A stretch of 64,000 nucleotides of DNA, from positions 1-64,000 of the forward strand of contig JBBISL010000006.1 of assembly GCA_037441285.1 (NCBI GenBank), written 5' to 3'. The notes below the pieces were generated by a model, which made no database searches, was not told where the DNA came from, and saw only the letters and a list, made by a program, of their open reading frames with translations. Shown piece by piece: positions 10,193-20,835 of the stretch (position 1 is its first letter; the number at the start of each line of letters is the position of its first letter). This DNA is from a candidate division WOR-3 bacterium (GTDB taxonomy: Bacteria > Hydrothermota > Tepidihabitantia > Tepidihabitantales > Tepidihabitantaceae). A program made the position numbers and the translations under genes.

Positions 10193-11677
10193 ATGAAAAA
10201 AAGATTAGGGGCGGTTTTACTCGGTTCGGTGCTAACGGTTGCGCCGGCTTGTGCCGGTTTGTGGTATCTTATCCGTGGTTATGACCGGAATGATGATGCC
10301 TGGGCGGTTGCGGTTGATAGTAGTGGCAGGGTTTACTGGTCAACAGCCGAATGGCAGCCCCTTGTCACTCATAATGACATCTTTCTTTACATCGTTGACT
10401 CAAGCGGCAGGCAACTGTGGCGGAGTCAACCGCTGAGTGATTCTTCAAAAAATCGGGTGGCATTCATTGCTGTGAATGAAGAGCCTTATCTCTATATAGG
10501 CGGAAGGATTGAAAGGACGAGTGCCGATTTGCTGCTGTTAACACTGCGCCGCGACCAGGATACCTTTGTCCAGGAGTGGGAGTATATCTGGGACCAGGCA
10601 GGAAGATATGAGGAGGTGGACGGCATCGGTGTGGAAGAGGATGCGATTTATCTTTCAGGCTGGACCACCCCTACCTTGTTGAACAATGACATCGTGGTTC
10701 AGAAACTTGACCGCAACGGCAATCTTGTCTGGAGCAACACCTGGGGTGGACCAGGTCTGGAAGGTGCTAATGGTCATCTGGCACTGGATGAAAATAATAT
10801 TTATCTTGCCTCGCATCTGGGCACACTTGACTCGAGTGGTAACGCCATCTTGATTGCCTTTTCCAAAGATAGTAGCAACTATCTCTGGGATTCAATCTGG
10901 GATGGGTTTCATCAGGACGACAATTTTTATGGGCTGGCGATGAGCAGCGATTCCTTTCTTTATTGCTTTGGTTATACCGACACCGATACTTCAAACATCA
11001 ATCAACTTGACCTGATTCTGGTGAAATATACCCGCACCGGCAGAAAGGTCTGGGAAAGGCGCTGGGGTGGTCCAAATAGCGAGTGGGGACGCGCAATCCT
11101 TGCTGATGGGGATAGTGTCGTCTATATCTGTGGCAATACCGCCAGTTATGGTGCTGGTGCTACGGACATCGCATTGTTGAAGTACAGCTCCAGCGGTGAA
11201 TTGCTTGGTTACCGGACCTGGGGTGGTCGGCAGGATGATATCGCTCATGACATCGTTAAATCCGGTGATTATTTATACATCACGGGAAAGACCGAAAACT
11301 TTGGCGCCGAACAAGATGATGCGCTCCTCATCAAGGCGAATGCCCGGACGATGGAATTCCCGGATACCTTGATTGGCATCAAAGAGCGAAGTGGCTATCA
11401 CCCGGTGCGATTAAGCATAACTCCCAACCCGTTTATCCGCCAGACCGCGATTGATTTTAATGCCGGGAGCGCGCCAGCCTGTTTAACCGTTTATGACCTA
11501 ACTGGACGTCCGATTAGAAATCTCCTGACACCGGAAACTTGGATTGGAACCGGACAGGTTACCTGGAACGGCAGAGATGATGCAGGCAGACTTCTCAGCC
11601 CGGGCATCTACTTTTTGCGCTTGCAGTTGGGCAAGGTCTGCCAGACCAGTAAAGTCCTTTTTCTTGGCACCCATTAA
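10193..11677 (+). CDS. Secreted SBBP-type beta-propeller protein with FlgD-Ig/T9SS-like C-terminal domain
   Basis: RBS GGAGGAG, signal peptide, repeated K(Y/L)xxxGxxxW..WGG; C-terminal PNPF..YDLTGR..WNGRD..PGIYF. Confidence 0.75.
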   Translation: MKKRLGAVLLGSVLTVAPACAGLWYLIRGYDRNDDAWAVAVDSSGRVYWSTAEWQPLVTHNDIFLYIVDSSGRQLWRSQPLSDSSKNRVAFIAVNEEPYLYIGGRIERTSADLLLLTLRRDQDTFVQEWEYIWDQAGRYEEVDGIGVEEDAIYLSGWTTPTLLNNDIVVQKLDRNGNLVWSNTWGGPGLEGANGHLALDENNIYLASHLGTLDSSGNAILIAFSKDSSNYLWDSIWDGFHQDDNFYGLAMSSDSFLYCFGYTDTDTSNINQLDLILVKYTRTGRKVWERRWGGPNSEWGRAILADGDSVVYICGNTASYGAGATDIALLKYSSSGELLGYRTWGGRQDDIAHDIVKSGDYLYITGKTENFGAEQDDALLIKANARTMEFPDTLIGIKERSGYHPVRLSITPNPFIRQTAIDFNAGSAPACLTVYDLTGRPIRNLLTPETWIGTGQVTWNGRDDAGRLLSPGIYFLRLQLGKVCQTSKVLFLGTH

Positions 11678-11686
11678 GTACCTTCG

Positions 11687-12058
11687 ATGAGGGAAGAAAG
11701 GAAGAAAATCTCGATTGTCTTTTATCTCCACTGGAACGAGGCTGAGGTCAAAGAGCGCATCATACCGTTAAAACAATCTGGTTGGAAGGTGATTTCCCAC
11801 TGGAGTACGGAAAAGACACCCCAATTGGGTAAAAAACGCCCGGATGTCTTTGTAATCTCATTGGCGCGCCTGCCTTCTCACGGCAGAGCAATTGCCCAAT
11901 GGCTGCGGGAAAGTAAAAAGCGGGCGGCGGTTCCGCTGGTATTTGTCGATGGAAAACCGGACAAAGTGGCAGATACCCGGCAGAAATTTCCTGATGCAAT
12001 TTTCTGCACGAGCGAGAGTCTAATTGAGGTACTAAGGACGGTTCTGAGTCGTTGTTAA
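11687..12058 (+). CDS. Receiver-like (CheY-fold) protein lacking the phosphoacceptor Asp
   Basis: PDVFVISL..PSHG..WLR..VPLVFV pattern with Ser at the usual Asp position. Confidence 0.45.
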   Translation: MREERKKISIVFYLHWNEAEVKERIIPLKQSGWKVISHWSTEKTPQLGKKRPDVFVISLARLPSHGRAIAQWLRESKKRAAVPLVFVDGKPDKVADTRQKFPDAIFCTSESLIEVLRTVLSRC

Positions 12059-12099
12059 CTTAAAGATAGGGGCGGCGACATACACCCTTTTGGTTTTTC

Positions 12100-12125
12100 T
12101 TGACAGCGCCTTATTGGAACATAAT
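12100..12125 (+). promoter_or_regulatory. Possible sigma70-type promoter
   Basis: TTGACA at 12100 and CATAAT at 12120; the spacer is short (14 nt). Confidence 0.3.
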
Positions 12126-12274
12126 ATTTCACTATCAACTAGGACGTTTTTTAAAAACAGGTGCATCAATTCCATCTTTAGCCATTCTGCCTGCGGGGGT
12201 GCGCTGATTTTGGAAAAACATCTCCTGGTGTCGGGATGTTTTGATGCCGGCTTAATTTATTTAAAGGAGGTTAA

Positions 12275-13684
12275 ATGAATCAAGCCAAAACGCTCCTATT
12301 TGTTCTTATCGCCATTTTGAGCTGTAAAGCGCCCGCGCCTCAGGGCGATTACGACTATATCTTAAGCCGGGATACCGATGTCATCACTCCGCCTTCCGGC
12401 ACCGCTCAGGGATGGATAACCATCATCGGCGGTAACCATACCGGCAAATACTATGTAGCACCGGAAGGCAGCGACGCAAATCCCGGCACCGCCGCAGCGC
12501 CCTTTAAGACGCTCAGTTATGCGGCAGCACAACTTCAACCCGGTGACACCCTGGTGGTGTTTGCCCGGGACCGCAGCCGCACCCCGGTAATCGCCGGTGA
12601 AAATAACCTCATTTCCGCCTTTGACATCGCCAACTGTCAGTATCTCCGGATTGAAAACCTTGAAATCACCAGTAACAATGGCCGGCAGTTTCGCGAGGCT
12701 TTCACCGGCACCAACGGTCCGGTTGCTCACATTGTCCTGAAGGACATCAAGGTCCACCACATTGACGAGTTTGGCATTGACATCGGCGATGCCGACGATT
12801 TGCAAATCATCAACTGCCAGTTTACCTACTGCGGTTTTGGCTGTATTGGCGGTCCCGCGGGCGAGCACGGTGGCTGGCGTAATGTCCTGATTCAAAACTG
12901 CGACCTTTCTTACAGTGGCCACTACTATCAGGGTGGCGACGGTTCTAACCGTCCTTATGACCGACCGGATGGCTTTGGGATTGAGGCGTCCGAAGGTCCA
13001 ATTGAGATTGTCAATACCACCGCCACCCATAACTACGGCGATGGTCTGGACTCCAAGGCAAAGCGCACTTACATCCACGAGTGCCTCGTTGCCAACAACT
13101 CCTGCGACGGCGTAAAACTGTGGGGCGACTCTTCCCGAGTTGTAAACACCTTGATTTATGGCCGGGGCGATGGCGACAACACCACCACACCCTGGTCGCC
13201 GCTCGTCATCAGCACCGAGAACCAGAACGCCAACTTTGAGATTATCAACTGCACAGTTGACGACTCTTTGGGCGAAAATTACTTGATGCATATTCAGTAC
13301 GACAACCCCACCGTGCCGGTCTTCTTGCGCATTGTCAACACCATCTTTGTGAGTCGGGGCGCTAATGCGCCGGTACTCTGGCTTGCTGGTGCGGTCAATT
13401 ACGACATCCACCACAGCCTCTTCTATGCACCGCAGGATGACCGGCTGTTAATTAAGGGCGACACCACTTACACGGCGGCTGAAGTAAGCCAGATTGGCAC
13501 CGGCAACATCTACGGCGACCCGCTCTTTGTCCGCACCGCCTGGGGCAGTGCTGGAGATTATCATTTAAACAGTAACAGCCCGGCGGTTGATGCGGGTGAC
13601 GCTGCCAGCGCGCCCGCTATCGACCTCGAAAACCAACTCCGTCCTCAAGGCAACGGGGTTGACATCGGCTGTTACGAAAGGTAG
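12275..13684 (+). CDS. Lipoprotein with right-handed parallel beta-helix (DUF1565-like N-terminus, choice-of-anchor-Q-like end)
   Basis: Lipobox ILSC; YYVAPEGSDANPGT; repeated N..DG; DYHL..SPAVDAG..DIGCYE. Confidence 0.75.
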   Translation: MNQAKTLLFVLIAILSCKAPAPQGDYDYILSRDTDVITPPSGTAQGWITIIGGNHTGKYYVAPEGSDANPGTAAAPFKTLSYAAAQLQPGDTLVVFARDRSRTPVIAGENNLISAFDIANCQYLRIENLEITSNNGRQFREAFTGTNGPVAHIVLKDIKVHHIDEFGIDIGDADDLQIINCQFTYCGFGCIGGPAGEHGGWRNVLIQNCDLSYSGHYYQGGDGSNRPYDRPDGFGIEASEGPIEIVNTTATHNYGDGLDSKAKRTYIHECLVANNSCDGVKLWGDSSRVVNTLIYGRGDGDNTTTPWSPLVISTENQNANFEIINCTVDDSLGENYLMHIQYDNPTVPVFLRIVNTIFVSRGANAPVLWLAGAVNYDIHHSLFYAPQDDRLLIKGDTTYTAAEVSQIGTGNIYGDPLFVRTAWGSAGDYHLNSNSPAVDAGDAASAPAIDLENQLRPQGNGVDIGCYER

Positions 13685-13727
13685 CGGCTGATAATGGTCC
13701 GGAGGAAAAAACAAAAAAGGAGGAGGT

Positions 13728-15173
13728 ATGAAAAACATAGTGTTAGCCCTCATATCAGCCCTTTTTATTTCCGGCGGTTTCAACCTCGTGTCCGGATGGG
13801 GCGTTGATGTGCCAATTTCCACACACGACTCAGTCTATGATGTTAAACTTGATGTCCACCGGCAGAGCGGACACCTCTTCGCCGGGTTTGCTCGTCTCGC
13901 TAACAACGCATATTATTTTGGTGATGTCTACTTCTCAAGCGATAACGGCAGCAACTGGAGTTACAAACTTGGTTTTGGGAATACACAAAAAATAAACTCG
14001 GTGAGTGGTACAGTTCTGGGTGATAAATATTATTTTTGTCTTACCATCAACGGCGGTCGTCAGGTATGGTTATGCAGATTCCGCACCTCGGACGGCGCGC
14101 AGCTGAGATTCAACAATGGGGATAGTTGGATTGTTATTTTTACCACCCCTGTCGAAGATACGATTAAAGAACTTGCCCTAATAAGCGACCAGGACTTTGA
14201 GAACTACTGGCTAAACCTGCTGGTGATTACCAGTTCCGGCCGACTCCGCTACTTTTACAGCGATACCGCTGGTGTCGACTGGCACGAAATTACGACGGAC
14301 GTGACCAACGCCAAATGCGGGCTTGATGCCTGCACCAACGACGGCTATTCCAATTATTATGTTCTGGTAAGTTATATCACCAACAGTGATAGCATTCAGA
14401 TTGATGGCATTGACTACAATGGAACTCACTACCCATTGCGCACCTATTGGGTTGGACCAAACGCCCGCTTCACCTCAGTCGGCGCCTATCACGACACCCT
14501 GCTCGCGGCTTATGAGTTCAGTGGTGCCGCGGCTTCCTACTACTGCCGATTTCGCGCCTCTTATAACGGTGGGCAGGCCTGGTATGGTGGAATTTTCCCT
14601 ATTGACACAACCTCTGTCTCCTGTATTCCGGATGTCGCCAGCCGTGCTGGTGGTGGCCAGGGGGTTGTTTTCGCCTTTGGCGATGGGTCTGCCCGTCGGC
14701 CGCAATTCACCTGGCGCTACTACATTGGTTCCTGGTCAACACCGGTCACCTGGGGTGACTTTCGGCCCCGCAGCGATGTCCGGATGGCAATTGAATACCT
14801 TGGCAATGGCGCCTATGGTGCCATCTATTCCAGTTATTCGCCCAATTACGGCAGAGCCTACTTTGACCGCAGCGACTGGACCGGAATCGCGGAAAACCAG
14901 AGCCCGGAGTTAATCGACCGCGGCTTGCGATTGGAAACCAATCCGGCACGGCACCAGGCAAAACTTTGCTATGGGGTTAATCAGCCCGGGCCGGTGGTAA
15001 TCTCGCTCTACGATGCGACGGGCCGACTTTGCCGAACGCTCCTTAATGCCTATCAGACTCCGGGAAATTACACCCTGACCATTGACAACGCCGACCTGAC
15101 ACCCGCGGTTTACATCGTCCGGTTAAAAACCGGGGACGAGATTTATGCCGAACGCCTGGTGCTTATGAAATGA
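13728..15173 (+). CDS. Secreted BNR/Asp-box protein with T9SS-like C-terminal domain
   Basis: RBS AGGAGG, signal peptide, SSDNGSNW and SYNGGQAW; TGIAE linker then NP..YDATGR..VYIVRL. Confidence 0.7.
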   Translation: MKNIVLALISALFISGGFNLVSGWGVDVPISTHDSVYDVKLDVHRQSGHLFAGFARLANNAYYFGDVYFSSDNGSNWSYKLGFGNTQKINSVSGTVLGDKYYFCLTINGGRQVWLCRFRTSDGAQLRFNNGDSWIVIFTTPVEDTIKELALISDQDFENYWLNLLVITSSGRLRYFYSDTAGVDWHEITTDVTNAKCGLDACTNDGYSNYYVLVSYITNSDSIQIDGIDYNGTHYPLRTYWVGPNARFTSVGAYHDTLLAAYEFSGAAASYYCRFRASYNGGQAWYGGIFPIDTTSVSCIPDVASRAGGGQGVVFAFGDGSARRPQFTWRYYIGSWSTPVTWGDFRPRSDVRMAIEYLGNGAYGAIYSSYSPNYGRAYFDRSDWTGIAENQSPELIDRGLRLETNPARHQAKLCYGVNQPGPVVISLYDATGRLCRTLLNAYQTPGNYTLTIDNADLTPAVYIVRLKTGDEIYAERLVLMK

Positions 15174-15251
15174 AAACCGAAGGCTCCTGAGGCTCAATTT
15201 TTGACATCATCTGCGAATTTTATATGATTATCGCAAAAATAAGGAGGCATT

Positions 15252-15482
15252 GTGTCAACTGAGACTAAACCGGCAGAAGGCAAAGATTGGCTCACCGCCC
15301 TGCTGTTGTCCATCTTTCTTGGTCAACTGGGCGTGGACCGTTTCTTCCTCGGCTATATCGGCTTGGGCGTGTTAAAACTCATCACCCTCGGTGGATTGGG
15401 AATCTGGTGGCTGATTGATGTGATTCTCATCGCCACGGGTCAGTTAAAAGACGCCAAGGGCAATCCGCTGGTGCGTAAATAG
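15252..15482 (+). CDS. TM2 domain membrane protein
   Basis: [44 protein letters not shown]. Confidence 0.9.
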   Translation: MSTETKPAEGKDWLTALLLSIFLGQLGVDRFFLGYIGLGVLKLITLGGLGIWWLIDVILIATGQLKDAKGNPLVRK

Positions 15483-15567
15483 CGTTAACGCGCTTAGCAA
15501 AGAACTAAAGGCTTCTTCCCGGGAAAATAAAGAGGTCCTGGAATTAACTGGTTCAGGAGGTTGAAAA

Positions 15568-16377
15568 ATGGCAAGCAAGAATAACATAAATGAAACCATC
15601 AAACAGGCCGCCCAGGAGGTCCTGAAAGTTCTTGGGTCGGGCTACAAGGAAAATGTTTACGAAGAGGCGCTTGCCCATGAGTTGCGCCTCCGGCAGATTC
15701 CTTATGAAAGGCAGCGCAACTTCGAAATCCTCTACAAGGGCTACAGCGTCGGCTTGGGTCGTGCCGACCTAATCATCAACCCGCTCTGGGCGAAAACCGG
15801 CAAGAAAGAGACCGTAATGGAACTGAAGGCGGTTAAGAAAATCGCCGAATCCCACCGGCGGCAGGCACAGGTTTATATGGTCTCACTCAACATCGACCAG
15901 GGCGCAATTTTGAGTTTTGGCGATGAAGTCCTTTTCGAGCCGGTTGCCCGACCGGACCGGAGCCTGAACATCAAAGTGGTAAAACCAAAAAAGCCGTCAA
16001 GAACCCCTTTGCAAAACACCCTCAAATCTGCCGCCAAAGAGGTGTTTGATTACTTCGGCAAGGAGTTCATCTACCGGGAAGATACCAAAGACCTGTTTCC
16101 CGCCGCAATCGGGGTTGAACTCCGGCTCCGGGGCGTTGAGTTCACCCGCACAAGTTATGACATCCTGTACAAGTGTCACAAGGTTAACGAATATGAGTTT
16201 GAATTTGCCTTTCCCGGTGGTGAGGTGGCAACAGTGACAACTTACAAAAAGGATGGTGATATTGAAGATGAGAAAGAAGAGTTCGGCTTCTATGTCAAAC
16301 AGTTCAATCTGAAAAGGGGCTATCTCATCGCCATTCCGGCTGGGGAAGAAGGTAAAGTGATGGTTGAAACGGTGTAG
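15568..16377 (+). CDS. Tandem GxxExxY (PD-(D/E)xK-like) domain protein
   Basis: GSGYKENVYEEAL..ADLII..ELKAV..Q..Y, followed by a second, degenerate copy. Confidence 0.75.
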   Translation: MASKNNINETIKQAAQEVLKVLGSGYKENVYEEALAHELRLRQIPYERQRNFEILYKGYSVGLGRADLIINPLWAKTGKKETVMELKAVKKIAESHRRQAQVYMVSLNIDQGAILSFGDEVLFEPVARPDRSLNIKVVKPKKPSRTPLQNTLKSAAKEVFDYFGKEFIYREDTKDLFPAAIGVELRLRGVEFTRTSYDILYKCHKVNEYEFEFAFPGGEVATVTTYKKDGDIEDEKEEFGFYVKQFNLKRGYLIAIPAGEEGKVMVETV

Positions 16378-16471
16378 CACATCTTGACCGGCTCGGCAAA
16401 AAGGTTTAACATTTACCGGTAAGGCTGGACATTCCGATAGCGTCGGGCAATACGAAAAAGAAAGGGCGACG

Positions 16472-17461
16472 ATGGCGACCGCAATCTTTGCTGGTGGCTG
16501 CTTCTGGTGTATGGAGTTCGCCTTCTCCTTTTTAGGGGTGCGCACCAGGGTTGGCTACACCGGCGGCACAAAGGATAACCCAACTTACCAGGAGGTGTGC
16601 AGCGGCACCACGGGCCACTTCGAAGCGATTGAGATAACCTATCAACCGGAAAGTCTGTCTTACGAAAGGCTCCTTGAGGTTTTTTTTCAGAACATCGACC
16701 CGACCGATGATGGTGGCCAGTTTTACGACCGGGGCGAACAGTACCGCACCGCCATATTTTACACCGACGAATCCCAGAAACACCTCGCCCTTGAGGCGAA
16801 AGTAAGGCTCCTCGCCGCCGGTATCTTTCCGCGCATCGAGACAAAAATCCTGCCGGCAAAAAGGCTCTGGTATGCTGAAGATTACCATCAGAAGTACTAC
16901 AAAAAGTGCCCGGCACAGTTTCAGTCTTACCACAAAGCATCAGGTCGGGAGGAAGGGGCTAAAAAGTTCTGGCAGGGGTATGAAAACTTCCGCCTGTTTC
17001 CCGAACGGCAGCAGTACTGGCTCGGCTACAAAAAACCCGCGCCCGAGAGTCTGAAAACAGCCCTTTCCCCGTTATCCTATCAAGTCACCCAGAACAACGG
17101 CACCGAACCCGCCTTCAACAACGAATACTGGGACAACCATCAGGACGGTATCTATGTTGACATCGTCTCGGGCGAACCGCTCTTCTCTTCCCTTGACAAG
17201 TTTGATTCCGGCACCGGCTGGCCCAGTTTTACCCAGCCCTTAGAACCGCCGAACATCGTCACCCGAACTGACACAACCCACGGAATGACACGAACCGAAG
17301 TGCGCAGCCGTTACGCCGACTCCCATCTGGGTCATCTCTTTCCGGACAACACCCCAACCGGCTTCCGCTACTGCATCAACTCTGCCGCCTTACGCTTCAT
17401 CCCCAAAAGCGAACTCACCCGTCTTGGCTACAGCGCCTACTTAAAACTGTTCTCAAAATAA
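16472..17461 (+). CDS. msrAB: Bifunctional peptide-methionine sulfoxide reductase MsrA/MsrB
   Basis: [37 protein letters not shown]. Confidence 0.95.
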   Translation: MATAIFAGGCFWCMEFAFSFLGVRTRVGYTGGTKDNPTYQEVCSGTTGHFEAIEITYQPESLSYERLLEVFFQNIDPTDDGGQFYDRGEQYRTAIFYTDESQKHLALEAKVRLLAAGIFPRIETKILPAKRLWYAEDYHQKYYKKCPAQFQSYHKASGREEGAKKFWQGYENFRLFPERQQYWLGYKKPAPESLKTALSPLSYQVTQNNGTEPAFNNEYWDNHQDGIYVDIVSGEPLFSSLDKFDSGTGWPSFTQPLEPPNIVTRTDTTHGMTRTEVRSRYADSHLGHLFPDNTPTGFRYCINSAALRFIPKSELTRLGYSAYLKLFSK

Positions 17462-17522
17462 ACTCTGGACAAACAACCCGGGCGTTCCTTTGACTCTTCC
17501 CTTGCGCTGGCTAAAATGAACC

Positions 17523-17999
17523 ATGAAATGTCTTGTGGTCTACTTTTCCTGGAGCGGCATAACCGCTAAAGTTGCCCGGGCTTTAGCCAAGGCGCTACAG
17601 GACGACCTGGAAGAGATTAAGTGTAATGAGTACAAGAGCCTGTTTTCGGTTTTCTGGTATGGACTTTTCCTGCGAAAAAGACCTTTGACCCTGAAGCCGC
17701 TGAATTTTAACCCCGGCTCCTACGACCTTGTAATCATCGGCGCCCCAACCTGGGCCGGTCGTCCTCCAATGCCGGTTAAGGTTTATCTTGACCAGTTCCA
17801 GAACCAGTTGCCCAAAGTGGCATTTTTCAGCACTTCTGCCGACCCGCGGGAGCAGAAGGTCCTCTCAACCCTGGAGCTGTGGTCCGGCAAGAAGCCCGTG
17901 GCAACCGCCCATTTTCACCGGACCGCCGTCAAGACCGAAAAATTTCCTCAACTCCTTGAAGAGTTCCTTCAACAACTTCGCAACGCTGCCTTAGATTAA
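17523..17999 (+). CDS. Flavodoxin-like protein
   Basis: VVYFSWSGITAKVA; YDLVIIGAPTWAG. Confidence 0.85.
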   Translation: MKCLVVYFSWSGITAKVARALAKALQDDLEEIKCNEYKSLFSVFWYGLFLRKRPLTLKPLNFNPGSYDLVIIGAPTWAGRPPMPVKVYLDQFQNQLPKVAFFSTSADPREQKVLSTLELWSGKKPVATAHFHRTAVKTEKFPQLLEEFLQQLRNAALD

Positions 18000-18003
18000 C
18001 CCT

Positions 18004-19026
18004 TCATCGTCCTGAGAGCTGTTTCCACACCTGATACGCCGGCTTCTCGCTGCCGTCAATTTTAATTAACCCATTACCATCCTGGGCGCTTAAGTCGTGG
18101 AGCCATGCCCAACCCAAGAGTTTCAAATTCAACCCCTGGTCTTGGGTCAAACGGGTTACCAGTTGGTTGAGAAACGCCGCCTGCGCCTCTTCACCACCCA
18201 GTGCCGGCAAAGACGACCAGGCGACTTCCGAAAAGCCAAAAGGTTTACCCGGAAAGTACCCCGCGGCACGAGCATAGTAGTCGTCGGGAACGCTTTCCGG
18301 ACTAATCCAGCCCAGCGCATAGGGGTAACTGGTAAAAACCAATAGGTCCATCTTCTCCGGGTTAAACAGAGAAAGAACAGCAAGGTCCGCCTCCCGGTTC
18401 TCGGCAACTAGCTCCCGGGCAAAAGTGCAGAACACCTCAGTCTCGGGCGCAAGCGTCTTCACCGCATCGTAAATCTCGTTGTAAAGTGTGACATAATGGC
18501 GGAAACCATTGACACCATCCAATCCGTACTTCTCATACCAGCGGTTGACCTCATTACCCAGCGACAGATAGCGCGGCTTTACCGCCCGCACCACATCCAG
18601 TACCGCCTTTTTGTAAGCCGCGCGCCAGGCAGAGTCGCTTAAAGTTGTACCGCTCATTCCAGGCGGGGTCGCCAGCGTCACTCCGGCATCAATAAAAGAG
18701 AGATGGACAAGCGGAAACATCCCATTATCCCGGATATAACCATTGACAAAGGTGTTTCCCCAATCGCCCTGCAAATCCGCCGCCAGATTGTAAAACGGCG
18801 TTGGTCTGCCCCAGACCGGCGCAAACTCCGCATAATCTGCTGCTTGTTGATATGCCGCACTGAAATCCTGCCCTTGTGCCGGTGACGGCAGCACCCCCAT
18901 AAAGTACCCCCGGGCTGGTAAAGTTGGGTTGTCAATGGGAGTAACCAACACCTCCTCTTTGTGACATACAAGCAGTACAGCCGCCAACCCCAGCAAAACC
19001 AGACCGGACCAGACCTTCAGTTTCAT
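18004..19026 (-). CDS. Secreted or lipoprotein TIM-barrel glycoside hydrolase-like protein (clan GH-A type motifs)
   Basis: LSLGNEVN (acid/base), FTSYPY, GFSEVAW (nucleophile), GL..DG..KPA. Confidence 0.6.
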   Translation of the reverse strand: MKLKVWSGLVLLGLAAVLLVCHKEEVLVTPIDNPTLPARGYFMGVLPSPAQGQDFSAAYQQAADYAEFAPVWGRPTPFYNLAADLQGDWGNTFVNGYIRDNGMFPLVHLSFIDAGVTLATPPGMSGTTLSDSAWRAAYKKAVLDVVRAVKPRYLSLGNEVNRWYEKYGLDGVNGFRHYVTLYNEIYDAVKTLAPETEVFCTFARELVAENREADLAVLSLFNPEKMDLLVFTSYPYALGWISPESVPDDYYARAAGYFPGKPFGFSEVAWSSLPALGGEEAQAAFLNQLVTRLTQDQGLNLKLLGWAWLHDLSAQDGNGLIKIDGSEKPAYQVWKQLSGR

Positions 19027-19106
19027 CTTACCTCCTTAATGATTACCCTATCAAAGATGTCGGTGATTGTGGTACAACCGGCATTCAAAATCCGGGCTCC
19101 CTATCT

Positions 19107-20285
19107 TTACGGGTTCAGGACATTGCCGGTATTGCGGTTGTCGTGCCGGGACCTGGGCCAGGATGAGTTTGCCAGTCCCGAACTACCGCCTTCAAAGGCA
19201 AAAAGACCGCTGGGGCTCGCGCTATAAACCGTGCCGTCCGCACCGATTGCCGGTGCCCCCACCGCAAACACCACGACATTTCCTAATGGATAGCGCCATT
19301 TCAGGTTACCCTCAGCATCAAACGCACCTTCAACGGTGTAAATTGTGCCCTCAGAATCAATCGTCAGGTCATAAGCCTCCTGCAAATAATTGGTGGTCTG
19401 TTTTGTCCAGCGCACCTGTCCAGTTGGAGAAACGGCATAAAGCCCACCCCTTTCTGTGTCAGTGGCGCTACCAAGATAGATTGTGCCATCAAGCCCAATC
19501 ACTGGCGTGCCGACATTAATACAGTTGCTGTCGAGCACGGTGCAGGTCCAGCGTAAAGCGCCGTCCGAAGTAAACGCGATAAGATTGCCCTGAAAGTTCA
19601 AGCCGGTGCCGAAGACATAAACCGTGCCATCCGCACCGAGCGCAATCCGGTCTTCACTATGAATCAGCGGCGCCATATCTGCCGCCCATTTCAGACTGCC
19701 GTCCGGGTTCAGGGCAATCAGGTCCCGGTCCGCGCCGATATAGATGGTGTTGTCACCACCCACAACCGGAAAGGTGATGCAGGAACCACCACCGACATAA
19801 CTCACCCAGTTAAGGGTACCGCTGGGCGACAGAGCGTAGAGCGATTCCGGCGCATACACATAAATTGTGCCGTCCGCACCGAGCGCCGGTGTGCCGCAAA
19901 TCGTTGGGAAGTCCGTTTTAATCGGAAACCGCCAGTTGACATTGCCGTTCAGGTTGATGGCGTAGAGGTTACCATCCGCCGCAAAAATGTAGATTGTGCC
20001 ATTCGCTGCCACGACCGGCGCGATGAAGATGTTGGACGGGTGATAGAACACAGTATCGGGCAAACCGAGCCGCCATTTAACCGTGCCATCCGGATTAAAT
20101 GCGTAAAGGGTATCCCTCTCACTGAAGGCGTAGATGGTGCCATCATTGCCGATGGCTGGTGCGTTCATAAATGCGGCACCATTGAACTGCCATTTTATCT
20201 TGGGCGCTCCCCCCTTCTCGCCACAGGCAAGAAAGGTTAAAACCAGCGCCGCAACAACCGTACCGGCTCTAAACAACCGAAACAT
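19107..20285 (-). CDS. PQQ-like/BamB-type beta-propeller lipoprotein
   Basis: Lipobox FLAC; repeats PAIG.DGTIY..LYA.NPDG..KW. Confidence 0.85.
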   Translation of the reverse strand: MFRLFRAGTVVAALVLTFLACGEKGGAPKIKWQFNGAAFMNAPAIGNDGTIYAFSERDTLYAFNPDGTVKWRLGLPDTVFYHPSNIFIAPVVAANGTIYIFAADGNLYAINLNGNVNWRFPIKTDFPTICGTPALGADGTIYVYAPESLYALSPSGTLNWVSYVGGGSCITFPVVGGDNTIYIGADRDLIALNPDGSLKWAADMAPLIHSEDRIALGADGTVYVFGTGLNFQGNLIAFTSDGALRWTCTVLDSNCINVGTPVIGLDGTIYLGSATDTERGGLYAVSPTGQVRWTKQTTNYLQEAYDLTIDSEGTIYTVEGAFDAEGNLKWRYPLGNVVVFAVGAPAIGADGTVYSASPSGLFAFEGGSSGLANSSWPRSRHDNRNTGNVLNP

Positions 20286-20300
20286 TCTTCCTCCCTTCTA

Positions 20301-20708
20301 TTACCGCGAACGCTCTTTAAGCAAATCCCGGATTTCGGTTAAAAGTTCCTGCTCTTTGGACGGCGCGGGCGGTGTTGGTACCTGTTGCTGACGGCGCTTA
20401 AGCAGATTGATGGGTTTGACGATGGCAAAAAATATCGCCAGGGCGATGAGCAGAAAGTCAATGACCGTCTGGATAAAACTGCCGTATCCTAACACCAGCG
20501 CCGGTTTGTCCCCGCTCGCCGCCTTCAGGGTAATCGCCAGATGAGAGAAGTTCACGCCCCCCAGAATCAAACCGATGGGCGGTAGAATCACATCGTTCAC
20601 CAGCGAAGAGACAATCTTACCGAACGCCGCACCGACAATGATGCCGACCGCCATATCAATCACATTGCCCCGCAGGGCAAACTCCTTAAACTCTTTTAAG
20701 AAACTCAT
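20301..20708 (-). CDS. mscL: Large-conductance mechanosensitive channel
   Basis: [46 protein letters not shown]. Confidence 0.97.
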   Translation of the reverse strand: MSFLKEFKEFALRGNVIDMAVGIIVGAAFGKIVSSLVNDVILPPIGLILGGVNFSHLAITLKAASGDKPALVLGYGSFIQTVIDFLLIALAIFFAIVKPINLLKRRQQQVPTPPAPSKEQELLTEIRDLLKERSR

Positions 20709-20835
20709 TATACCTCCTTTTGGTTGCACAGGCCGCGACACCTGATTATCCACCAATATATCATGATGTCAAAATCTCCCCACTTCTTTCTGACGCCCGC
20801 GTTAATGTTGAGACTCTCTCCTTGTTCAGCCCTGA

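Noticed and set aside
12362..13414. 350-aa minus-strand ORF
   Set aside because: Antisense shadow of the beta-helix gene, with no recognisable motifs.
16472..17461. Selenocysteine form of MsrA/B
   Set aside because: Catalytic positions are ordinary Cys codons in an uninterrupted ORF.
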